Source: Lachnospiraceae bacterium
GTDB taxonomy: Bacteria > Bacillota > Clostridia > Lachnospirales > Lachnospiraceae
Direction of reading: 5' to 3'
Assembly (NCBI GenBank): GCA_015057435.1
Contig: SVEJ01000007.1
Span: 15,084-79,083, forward strand
DNA length: 64,000 nt
The notes beneath the pieces were generated by a model that was not told the origin of the DNA, did not search any database, and saw only the letters and a program-made list of their open reading frames with translations. Numbering within the stretch: the first letter of the stretch is position 1; each line of letters begins with the position of its first letter. Shown piece by piece: positions 9,192 through 17,427 of this stretch. A program made the position numbers and the translations under genes.

Positions 9192-10280
9192 TTACGAAAA
9201 ATTAAAAATCGTATCCAACATACGAAGTGTCTTAAAGTTACCTTTGGCAGAAATCTCACCTGCCATAAAGCCCTTTTGGAAAGTGGTTCTTCCGTCTGCA
9301 ATATTATTAAGCACACTCGTAGTCGTACGAAGAATTACGTCCGCTTCATCTGTAGCAGCGTAGAAGCATTTTATATCATCCTCATGAACTTGTACATGTA
9401 AGATTCTGTTCACGTCTGATATGATAATTGCGTAAGATGCAATGAATCCTTCTTCCGGTCGAAATGCCGAAATGAATGATTGCATCAGTGCATCCTGACT
9501 ATCCACAAAAGCTTCTGTTTCCTCCGCTGCATCTTCGCCCTCTTCCGGCATCTCAGCTTCTGCTCCGTCCTCTTCATCAGCTCCGTTCGTTCTTAGCATT
9601 TGCTTAAACATCGCTGACAATTCTTCTATATCTTCTTTTTGTTGCTTCACATATGTCTCATCACTTACGAACTTTGAAAGCTGCTCACTTTCTTGTGGTG
9701 TCAAATCTATCGTTCTTGTCTTAAGAAGATTCGTCTTCACTGCAAGGTTACTTGTTGGCAAACTCTCCGTTTTCTGGTTAATTGTTCGATATAGTGATTC
9801 CACACGCTTTTCGATAATCGTGCGATAACTCTCATTCTGCTCGAATTCGTCAAGATTTTCCACATAAGCAACAAGTCCCGTAATCGGAATACCGCCTAAC
9901 GTTTCCCATGCTTTTACAAGATTAAGCTCCGCATCTCTTTCACCATAGGTTGTCGCCATTACAACCGGCAACATATACTGCTTGCTCAACTGTTCCTTGT
10001 CTGCATACAGCCAACACATATCCAAAAACTGCTGCATATATCCGCCGATTCCAAACCATTCTACCGTCGTAGCTAAGATTACTCCATCCGCCTCCTTAAG
10101 CGTTAACGGTAATGTAGCAATCGCATTCTTGTCTTCAAAAATGTTATACCGAGCCACCTCAACCCGAAGCTCTCTTAACACCTCTGTCATCTTGTTCAAT
10201 ACATAAATGGTAGGGTCTTCCATAACCCCTCTTCCGCCATAGTAAATATTAATCTTCGTAGGACTCACCCCTTTTCGCAT
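9192..10280 (-). CDS. flavodoxin-like NAD(P)H-dependent oxidoreductase fused to a C-terminal SCP2-like domain
   Basis: The N-terminus KINIYYGGRG...DGVILATTVEW is flavodoxin-fold-like. An acidic linker follows (DEEDGAEAEMPEEGEDAAEETE). The C-terminus GFMAGEISAKGNFKTLRMLDTIF is SCP2-like. The start is uncertain; ATG 10280 was chosen to retain the first beta-strand. Confidence 0.55.
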   Translation of the reverse strand: MRKGVSPTKINIYYGGRGVMEDPTIYVLNKMTEVLRELRVEVARYNIFEDKNAIATLPLTLKEADGVILATTVEWFGIGGYMQQFLDMCWLYADKEQLSKQYMLPVVMATTYGERDAELNLVKAWETLGGIPITGLVAYVENLDEFEQNESYRTIIEKRVESLYRTINQKTESLPTSNLAVKTNLLKTRTIDLTPQESEQLSKFVSDETYVKQQKEDIEELSAMFKQMLRTNGADEEDGAEAEMPEEGEDAAEETEAFVDSQDALMQSFISAFRPEEGFIASYAIIISDVNRILHVQVHEDDIKCFYAATDEADVILRTTTSVLNNIADGRTTFQKGFMAGEISAKGNFKTLRMLDTIFNFS

Positions 10281-10462
10281 ATGTGTCAGGCGCACATGCG
10301 CCCACAATTACTATAAGTATAGCTGAAAATGCTATATATTACAACAAATTTTACTGAAAATGGGACTATCCAGTCTGCTTTTTTTCTGCTATGATATATA
10401 CAATTTTACAACACAGTCCATGTATTTTTAGATAGATGATTGCGGAATTTTTATGTGGTACA

Positions 10463-10601
10463 GTTGTACAGCCTTAACATACCAACGCAGGACGTTCGCA
10501 CTTGCGACAATGCGTAGCGGCACTAAGTTCGACTTATGTCTCACTAAGTACCGCTACGCATTGTCAGCACCTGCTTATGGTAATTGTTAAGGCTATACAA
10601 C
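10463..10601. repeat. copy 2 of the ~138-nt rod-like element
   Basis: It has the same orientation as copy 1. It contains a perfect 15-bp inverted repeat, GACAATGCGTAGCGG (10506-10520) / CCGCTACGCATTGTC (10551-10565). The outer stem is GTTGTACAGCCTTAACA / TGTTAAGGCTATACAAC. Confidence 0.75.
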
Positions 10602-10664
10602 TGCATCTACACTTTATGCATTCGCAATCATCCGCACACATTTATGAGATATAAGGAGCACAAC

Positions 10665-11696
10665 ATGAAGAATATGAAAAAGACAAAACATTTACTTACC
10701 ATTGTCGCAGCACTGCTTACGGTGTTGCTCTTTAACAAGCCAGTATTGGCAGATACAAAAGATTCGGAGACAGTGAAGATTACAATTAGTGCAGCGGGAG
10801 ATTGTACATTAGGTGTAGATTCTCGCTACAACAACGTCTTTAATCAATATTATGCAAAGCATGGTTCCGCCTACTTTTTTAAAAAGGTAAAATCTGTATT
10901 TAAAAAAGACGATTTAACCATAGTTAATTTTGAGGGGACATTAACGACATCCAACAATCGAGCCTATAAGACATTTACTTTCAAAGGGCCTGCAAAGTAC
11001 GCCCGGATTCTGAAAAAAGGGTCTGTAGAGATTGTCAATCTTGCGAACAACCACACAATGGACTTTGGTACAACAGGATTGCAGGATACGAAGAACACCC
11101 TTAAGAAGAACAAGATTAGTTATTGTGTCGGCAGTACCATTGCCTACAAAAAAGTAAAAGGTGTAAAGATTGCATTTGTCGGATTCAACGCATTAAATGG
11201 TGTAACAGAACAACAGGTGAAAGACACCATCCAAAAAGCGAAGAGAAACAAGGCAAAGATTATTATTGCAAGCTTCCACTGGGGAATTGAAAGAGAGTAC
11301 TACCCAAATGCAAGGCAAAAGACACTTGGCCGTGCAGCGATTAACGGCGGTGCATCCTTAGTCCTCGGGCACCACCCACACAGAGTACAGGGTATCGAGA
11401 AATACAAAGGACGCTATATCGTATATAGTCTTGGAAACTTTAGCTTTGGCGGTCACACCAATCCGGATGACAAGGATGCATTAATCTTCCAGCAGACTTT
11501 CTATGTAAAAAACGGAAAGCTGCAAAAGAAGAACGATGCGCGCATTATTCCTTGCTCGATTTCCTCTGTAAGTTACACGAATAACTTTCAGCCAAAGGTT
11601 CTTACCGGAAGCGAGAAGAAACGATTAATCAAGAAAATAAATACTTTAAGTAAAGGCATGAATACCTCCTTCTGGAATAGCGGGAAACTAAAATAA
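10665..11696 (+). CDS. CapA-family (poly-gamma-glutamate synthesis/metallophosphatase-like) secreted protein
   Basis: The start is set at ATG 10665 after AAGGAG. There is a signal-like N-terminus (LLTIVAALLTVLLFNKPVLA). ISAAGDCTLG, NLANNH and SFHWGIE...GHHPH motifs fit the CapA/PGA_cap family. Confidence 0.8.
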   Translation: MKNMKKTKHLLTIVAALLTVLLFNKPVLADTKDSETVKITISAAGDCTLGVDSRYNNVFNQYYAKHGSAYFFKKVKSVFKKDDLTIVNFEGTLTTSNNRAYKTFTFKGPAKYARILKKGSVEIVNLANNHTMDFGTTGLQDTKNTLKKNKISYCVGSTIAYKKVKGVKIAFVGFNALNGVTEQQVKDTIQKAKRNKAKIIIASFHWGIEREYYPNARQKTLGRAAINGGASLVLGHHPHRVQGIEKYKGRYIVYSLGNFSFGGHTNPDDKDALIFQQTFYVKNGKLQKKNDARIIPCSISSVSYTNNFQPKVLTGSEKKRLIKKINTLSKGMNTSFWNSGKLK

Positions 11697-11809
11697 AACA
11701 TAGCGTCATCGGAACTAAATCTGGTGACGCTTTACTGTTATAATATTCATTTACTTCCTTCTCTTCTCTCAACTTCACCACATTCTGGTTTTCTGTATAT
11801 TAGGAACTT

Positions 11810-12307
11810 TCACTCATTACTATCCATTATTAACATACGCAACTCTTCTTCCATATCTCTACATATACTGTTATGCTTTTTATATTGGCGAAATAAGTTA
11901 TCATGTTTTACATTCATGCCTTTCCTTTCCATTTCACACCAAATATACATAGGCACTTTTTTACTTATATGTTTTATAGTATATGCCACAACTTTAACAA
12001 GAAATCCAATAATTAGGACTGCTATCAATGGTTGCTGAAACATGGTAACTATGATCGGCATTGCATTCATTCCAATTGCTATTAAAATAACAATTGATAT
12101 ACTTGCTAAAATTAATGCTACAAATATGTCTTCTTTTCCTTTTTGCAACTGCTTTTCTAGACTAAATATATATTCTCGTTCTTGCTCAATTTCCAATTCT
12201 AAACAACGTATTCTCGCTTCCCTACGTTCTTTGGCTTTAACAAATTCCATTTGAGAACATTCATCTACGTACTGAATATTATTTTTTTCTTCCACTAACT
12301 TTAACAT
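11810..12307 (-). CDS. hypothetical coiled-coil plus 2-3 TM membrane protein (last gene of ABC operon)
   Basis: ATG 12307 overlaps the ATPase stop (TGATG). An N-terminal charged coiled coil is followed by hydrophobic segments (ALILASISIVILIAIGMNAMPIIV, LIAVLIIGFLVKVV). Confidence 0.5.
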   Translation of the reverse strand: MLKLVEEKNNIQYVDECSQMEFVKAKERREARIRCLELEIEQEREYIFSLEKQLQKGKEDIFVALILASISIVILIAIGMNAMPIIVTMFQQPLIAVLIIGFLVKVVAYTIKHISKKVPMYIWCEMERKGMNVKHDNLFRQYKKHNSICRDMEEELRMLIMDSNE

Positions 12308-12990
12308 CAATTTTCCAACCTTTTTAACTTACCTTCTTTTGTAAAAGAAAATCTATTTGCAAATTCTTTTGCCACTTCCATATCATGTGTTACCATAATA
12401 AGTGTCTTATTTTTTTCTTTTAGTTTAAATAATACATCCAAAACGGCAATTTTATTTTTGTAGTCTAGCGAGCCTGTAGCTTCGTCTGCAAGAATAATTT
12501 GAGGATCGTTAACTAATGCTCTTGCAATTGCTACTCGTTGTTTTTCTCCACCTGATAATTCATTAATATATCTTTGTCCATAATTCTGCAAACCCACATT
12601 TTGCAAAGCTAATTCAACTTTCTCTCTATAATCTTTTCTCTTTACACTTTTATTGAACATTAATGGTACCGAAACATTATCAAAAACATTTCGATAGGAA
12701 ATAAGACCGTGATTTTGCAATACATATCCAAAGCATGCATTTCTTAATTCTGCTCTTTTTTGTTCTGTATAGTCAATAATATTACTTCCATCCAATATAT
12801 ACTCACCAGCTGTTAGCGTATCAATGCACCCAATAACATTAAGTAATGTGGTTTTCCCCACACCGGAAGGTCCTGTTATTGCGATATAATCATTCTCTTT
12901 CACAGTAAAATCAATATCATTCAATGGTGTAATAGTATTATTCTTTCCGTCTTTAAATTCTTTTCTTGCATTTCTTAATTCAATACGCAC
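12307..12990 (-). CDS. ABC transporter ATP-binding protein (MacB/LolD/FtsE-like)
   Basis: Walker A GPSGVGKTT, the LSGGEKQRVAIARAL signature and Walker B ILADEATGSLD are present. The start is GTG with GGTGA 4 nt upstream. Confidence 0.9.
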   Translation of the reverse strand: MRIELRNARKEFKDGKNNTITPLNDIDFTVKENDYIAITGPSGVGKTTLLNVIGCIDTLTAGEYILDGSNIIDYTEQKRAELRNACFGYVLQNHGLISYRNVFDNVSVPLMFNKSVKRKDYREKVELALQNVGLQNYGQRYINELSGGEKQRVAIARALVNDPQIILADEATGSLDYKNKIAVLDVLFKLKEKNKTLIMVTHDMEVAKEFANRFSFTKEGKLKRLEN

Positions 12991-12994
12991 CCAA

Positions 12995-14137
12995 TCACCG
13001 TCTTTCTATCAAATCTATTATCGTTTTTTTGTTCCATACTAATTCCAGAACAAAACAGCAAATAATATATATAAAAAAAATACCGCCAAATACCCATACC
13101 ATTTGATGAAAATAACATTTTCCATCAAGTACTCCAACATCCATCAATCTATTCACAACATATTCACCTAAAACTATACCTATTAGAATAGAAAAAACAC
13201 CGGGTATCCTCATCATAATTAAGGCATTTTTAAAAGTTGCACCTGATAACATCAATATTCCAAATTCCTTTTTTCGTCTTATGATAGAAATATAAATACA
13301 TCCCATGAAAACCGACAATCCTAGTGTTAATCCTGCAATAAAAAAAACCTTCTTTTGGTTACTTTCATATTGTAATGTCAATTCATTCTGATTAATCAAT
13401 TCTTCACCACTATACAAATATCCCACATCTGCTATATTGCTTTTCAATTCCGCAACATCTGTAAGATTCAATAACTCCAACATATAAGTAGCTTTTGAAT
13501 TTATATAGCTTTGATTACTGAAATCCTCATCAGCACATAATACAACATCTGAATAATATAAGCTATTATCTGTATCGCCAACATCTATCATCAACAAGTT
13601 ATACACCTTATCACCTGTTCCGTGCGGATAATAAATAATATCATCTTTTAATATACCACATACCGTTTTTTCTTTTTCAATCAAATTATTATTTTTATCA
13701 TATCCAGCAAGCAAAATCGAATCACCCACCTCATATTTATCTTTATAGGCATATGACAGAATAACCTCATTCTCATTTTTCATCATACTACCTTTGCAAA
13801 AATTATAGTTCAAGTGTTTAATAATATAGTCATCATATAAATAGCATTCTGCATAATTACCATCTATATTAACAGCCATATATTCTACGTTATGTAACAA
13901 AAATCCCTGATCTTTTTCTATTTCTCTTAATTGTTTTTCGGTCAACTCCTGATTATTTACAGATAAGAAATATGCACCTTGCATAGATGAGAAAATATAA
14001 ATATCTTCTTTTATTTTTTCAAGATCTGCAAGAAAAAAAAGTCCTACAAAAGCTAAAACTGCTGAGAATAAAATTAACTGGCCGTTCTCCCGTAAATCAA
14101 TAATTAAGCTCTTCAATATATATATAATCTTTTTCAC
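12995..14137 (-). CDS. FtsX/MacB-type ABC permease (TM1, large extracytoplasmic domain, 3 C-terminal TMs)
   Basis: The C-terminal region RRKKEFGILMLSGATFKNALIMM... fits the FtsX-like permease pattern. The start is GTG with GAGAGGT upstream. Confidence 0.75.
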   Translation of the reverse strand: MKKIIYILKSLIIDLRENGQLILFSAVLAFVGLFFLADLEKIKEDIYIFSSMQGAYFLSVNNQELTEKQLREIEKDQGFLLHNVEYMAVNIDGNYAECYLYDDYIIKHLNYNFCKGSMMKNENEVILSYAYKDKYEVGDSILLAGYDKNNNLIEKEKTVCGILKDDIIYYPHGTGDKVYNLLMIDVGDTDNSLYYSDVVLCADEDFSNQSYINSKATYMLELLNLTDVAELKSNIADVGYLYSGEELINQNELTLQYESNQKKVFFIAGLTLGLSVFMGCIYISIIRRKKEFGILMLSGATFKNALIMMRIPGVFSILIGIVLGEYVVNRLMDVGVLDGKCYFHQMVWVFGGIFFIYIICCFVLELVWNKKTIIDLIERR

Positions 14138-14147
14138 CTTTTACCTC

Positions 14148-15200
14148 TCACTCCGATTCCTTAGATATCATACTCACCGAACGTAAAATCAAATTTATAG
14201 ATATGTGGGTTTCCATACAATAACACATATTATATACAAAAAAACTAATAATATATACACTAGCCCTTATTTTCGAAAAGTTAAAATCGCACAACCGCAC
14301 CAATATACACGCAATAAAACTACCCAACAAAAAACTAACAACTCCTGCTAACATACTTTCTAAAAGATAAAGTCGTCTTATTCCTTTAGGATTTGCCCCG
14401 CATTGATAAAAAACTGCAATATCTTTCCTTTGAAAATGAATAAATATTTCAATAAATGAAAGTGCCGAATATATAGAAACCAAAATAAGTACAAATGAAA
14501 CGATTGCCGTATTTTTTATGCTTTCCATCCCACTTTCCAAGATTCCTGTTGATTTTTCCTCCGTATATTGGGTTTCGTATTGGCTAATAATATCCTTAAT
14601 TTTGTTATTTTTTTGTGTTAATGTAATCTCAATAGCTTCTACCCTATCTACATATTTTTTATAGTCCTTTGCATTAATCAAATAATCACATCCACAACTG
14701 CCAATTATGATTGCTCCTTTTCCTTTTAACTCAAACTCCCCAAAATCCAAAGGTGCACTTATATTATCAGCAATATATGTATTGGTTTCATTTCTAAAAA
14801 AACCATAATCATAATTTTCATTCCGAAGTATCTGTTCGTTATCATCAATGCAATAATATGCACAAAAAGTATATTCATTTCCTGTATCGCATTCGGACAT
14901 TTTCGCTGCAACTGCATATTCTAAAGGTTCTATTTCCATACTACGTAAATCATACAATATTTGTTCTGCAATATCATTACCAACATCCGCATCAAAATAA
15001 TAACAATAATAGTATCTCCCATCTTGGTCATATGTACTTTGATCCCAAAAAAACTGTATTAATAATATACTTGAACATACAATCATGCTTAAAATAGTAA
15101 CAAATATTCCTGTCATAACACGATTATATTTTGTCCAACCTATAACAAATTTTAATTGATTTATCATCTTTCCCTCAACAATATTGAAGCTACTACGCAT
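14148..15200 (-). CDS. second FtsX/MacB-type ABC permease
   Basis: The C-terminus FQRKDIAVFYQCGANPKGIRRLYLLESMLAGVVSFLLG is FtsX-like. ATG 15200 lies 6 nt after AAGGA. Confidence 0.7.
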   Translation of the reverse strand: MRSSFNIVEGKMINQLKFVIGWTKYNRVMTGIFVTILSMIVCSSILLIQFFWDQSTYDQDGRYYYCYYFDADVGNDIAEQILYDLRSMEIEPLEYAVAAKMSECDTGNEYTFCAYYCIDDNEQILRNENYDYGFFRNETNTYIADNISAPLDFGEFELKGKGAIIIGSCGCDYLINAKDYKKYVDRVEAIEITLTQKNNKIKDIISQYETQYTEEKSTGILESGMESIKNTAIVSFVLILVSIYSALSFIEIFIHFQRKDIAVFYQCGANPKGIRRLYLLESMLAGVVSFLLGSFIACILVRLCDFNFSKIRASVYIISFFVYNMCYCMETHISINLILRSVSMISKESE

Positions 15201-15259
15201 CAATATCCTTACAAACTATTTATTAGATTATTGCGTAGTAGCTTCCTTATCACTATAAA

Positions 15260-15766
15260 TTACTCACTTTTCCAACTAGATGTTTTATTACTGTACTTTT
15301 CGGCATCACTCTTACCAGATTCAACACACTTTATACAGAAAAAATCACCTGTTACATATCTTGCTTTTGCTTTATATTTATCTTTTTCTGCAGTTTTCAG
15401 TGAAAATGATTTCGATCCACTATTCCAATCACAATAAGCCAATTCTCCACGACCAACTCCAATAGATTCATAATATGTAGAAACCGTTTTTGTTTTCTTT
15501 GCAGTACTTTTCACTTCTAATGTAACGCGTACTTTTGATGCATTAAGATCTTTCTTTCCCGTATGACGAGTACAATATGTAATAGTACATTTTCCTGTAT
15601 CATGTTTAAATGGATTATCATTACCTGAGTGTACTGATACAGATGGTTTAGTTGTATGTTTTGAAGCAGCTTGCACATACATTCCACTCATTATAATTAC
15701 ACAGACTAATAAAAAAGTAAATATTATATTGCTCCTTTTTAAATAACTAGTTTCTTTTAGTTTCAT
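15260..15766 (-). CDS. small secreted Cys- and Lys-rich protein (first gene of ABC operon)
   Basis: The signal peptide is IIFTFLLVCVIIMSGMYVQA|AS. The mature part of ~135 aa has 6 Cys in pairs (CTITYC, C, CIKC) and many Lys. AAGGAG lies upstream. No family recognised. Confidence 0.55.
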   Translation of the reverse strand: MKLKETSYLKRSNIIFTFLLVCVIIMSGMYVQAASKHTTKPSVSVHSGNDNPFKHDTGKCTITYCTRHTGKKDLNASKVRVTLEVKSTAKKTKTVSTYYESIGVGRGELAYCDWNSGSKSFSLKTAEKDKYKAKARYVTGDFFCIKCVESGKSDAEKYSNKTSSWKSE

Positions 15767-15928
15767 ACTTTTTAATCTCCTTGTTAATATATTTGCACCT
15801 AAAAAAAGTGATATCCTTGTCCTAGGTACTTTTTCATAAGTGCTTATGGATTAGGACCTCTGCTAGTTTTCGCGAATTTTGTCAGAGCCCTTTTTTATAT
15901 AAATCAACTTTGTGCCATGGCAAATTGA

Positions 15929-15937
15929 ATTATATCA
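15929..15937 (-). promoter_or_regulatory. extended -10 element TGATATAAT (minus strand)
   Basis: The minus strand reads cgaatatTGATATAATtcaattt, about 165 nt upstream of the 15766 start codon. Confidence 0.3.
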
Positions 15938-15991
15938 ATATTCGATACATAATATTTTAATCGAGCCAATTCAATTTTCAAATTTATTATA

Positions 15992-16005
15992 CCCCCCCCC
16001 CCCCC
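15992..16005. repeat. homopolymeric C14 (G14 on the operon strand), followed by T-A7
   Basis: Counted directly: attatA-C14-TAAAAAAAgc. On the minus strand the G14 is immediately followed by TATAAT (15991-15986). Confidence 0.95.
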
Positions 16006-16110
16006 TAAAAAAAGCAACAATTATTTTGTTTTGTGTCATTAAACAAATATACCACATAATAAAATGCTTTAAAAAAACGATGCGTGTATTATGCCTCATT
16101 TAAGAGTAAC

Positions 16111-16147
16111 GGAAAAGGGAAGTGATTACACATCACTTCCCTTTTTT
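16111..16147. terminator. hairpin overlapping the stop codon of the FHA gene, possible bidirectional terminator
   Basis: GGGAAGTGAT-tacac-ATCACTTCCC is a 10-bp stem. TTTTTTT follows on the plus strand and CTTTTCC on the minus strand. Confidence 0.4.
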
Positions 16148-17427
16148 TCTTTCATTTCAAATTCTACTATCCCTGCCAGCGATAAGACATCTCCGATTTC
16201 TAACGGATATTCATCTCCGCAGTGCAGTCGTTCACCATTCAAATATGTTCCGTTTGTGGAATTAAGATCCAATACATATATTCCGGTTTCTCTGATACAG
16301 ATTTTTGCATGCATTCTGCTAATTCCTTTTTGCCTGACAACTACATCACACGCCGAAACCATCGTCCCTAGTACAATTCCTGCCTTATGAAACATAATAT
16401 CATCCGAAACAGAAGCATTCTTCGACTCCAGATATTTTTCTTTGCTACGTTCTTCTGTTACAACCACTTGATCTTCTGACAAAACAGTCGTCTCCTCAAT
16501 CAAAACCTCATCTTGTTCCACCTGTAACGGCACATGTTGTGTCGACTGTTTTTGTTGTTGTTCAAAATACTCATTCATGATTGTATCCGGATCCTCTTTT
16601 TCTGCATCTATTCGATATGTCATTAACAAAACGAACAAAACAAATAAGGAAATTGGTAAAATCCAAATATAGTAATATGGCAAAATTTCAATAAGCAGTA
16701 GTAAAATCTCAATTAACACGAATAGAGCAACAACCGCAAGCGTTATACCATGTATATTATTTTTCTTTACAACAGATTCTCTGTCTTGCCCAGCTATAAC
16801 AATTAATTCATCTTGCATCTCATCTATATCCTTTTCATTCATTTCGTCTACTACTGCATAATCTACAGTCTTTTTTTCTGTATCTTCCTCTCTTGTAGCA
16901 TAATATGTAAGCTCTTCCATCGAATAAGCAGTATTCGTAATTAAATCATAAAATCCCATGATATACAGATATGCCTGTTGGTCTTTCTTTTCAACAAACG
17001 GTATAATCTCACCCAAAAACTGTTTTAATGACCCAGTCACATTTCTATTCCCGGGATAATATATAAACTTCAATCTCCCTGTGTTTACTTCAACAAAAAC
17101 TGCATCAACTTTCCAAACAACTTCATTAATATCAAGTAAATACTCCCTTACCTGCGTTATAACATCAACAATACTTCCCATCATTTGCTTCACAAAATCG
17201 TAATCCAGTCGTAAGTCCCCTAATATCTGTTTTAATGTAATTCTATATGACATCTCGTAATAGACGCTTTGCACTCCATTTAACTCTCTAATATGATAGT
17301 TCAAAAAACATGGGACATGATTATGCTCTAAAACCACACACCGATAACAATCTCTGATAATTTTTTCTCTACACGAAACAACAAGATAATTAACTCCCTG
17401 TTCCGTTTCGAAGTGCATTTCTAACAA
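16126..17427 (-). CDS. FHA-domain protein with central TM region (Tad-locus associated)
   Basis: The C-terminus GISRMHAKICIRETGIYVLDLNSTNGTYLNGERL is an FHA signature. Mid-protein hydrophobic segments are present (ITLAVVALFVLIEILLLLIEILPYYYIWILPISLFVLFVLL). The TTG start at 17427 lies 7 nt after AGGAGG. Confidence 0.8.
   Translation of the reverse strand: MLEMHFETEQGVNYLVVSCREKIIRDCYRCVVLEHNHVPCFLNYHIRELNGVQSVYYEMSYRITLKQILGDLRLDYDFVKQMMGSIVDVITQVREYLLDINEVVWKVDAVFVEVNTGRLKFIYYPGNRNVTGSLKQFLGEIIPFVEKKDQQAYLYIMGFYDLITNTAYSMEELTYYATREEDTEKKTVDYAVVDEMNEKDIDEMQDELIVIAGQDRESVVKKNNIHGITLAVVALFVLIEILLLLIEILPYYYIWILPISLFVLFVLLMTYRIDAEKEDPDTIMNEYFEQQQKQSTQHVPLQVEQDEVLIEETTVLSEDQVVVTEERSKEKYLESKNASVSDDIMFHKAGIVLGTMVSACDVVVRQKGISRMHAKICIRETGIYVLDLNSTNGTYLNGERLHCGDEYPLEIGDVLSLAGIVEFEMKEKKGSDV

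Noticed and set aside
10340-10395. A T7 run preceded by GGGACTATCCAGTCTGC, considered as a plus-strand terminator or sRNA end.
   Set aside because: Only a 4-bp stem (GACT/AGTC) can form. That is too weak to call.
10454-10597. A 47-aa ORF (MWYSCTALTYQRRTFALATMRSGTKFD...) running through repeat copy 2. The same frame is open in copy 1, and two of three core substitutions are synonymous in it.
   Set aside because: After the shared KFD the two copies differ by an indel. The conserved 3-prime DNA block (ATTGTCAGCACCTGCTTAT) is therefore read in different frames in the two copies. Conservation is at the nucleotide and structure level, not the protein level.
6319-10601. The idea that the two rod-like elements are integron attC sites. 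Copy 1 has an ATTTAAC-type left end that fits RYYYAAC.
   Set aside because: The right ends (GATTAAAT, GTTAAGG) do not fit GTTRRRY. No integron integrase is present. The intervening genes (recR, ybaB, dnaX) are core genes, not cassettes.
9154-10664. A search for the SRP RNA (ffs/scRNA), which precedes dnaX in many Firmicutes. I also asked whether repeat copy 2 could be it.
   Set aside because: I found no GGAAGGAAGCAGC-type domain IV signature on either strand in the intergenic sequence. The repeat exists in two copies and lacks the motif. The absence cannot be proven by eye; a cmsearch would settle it.
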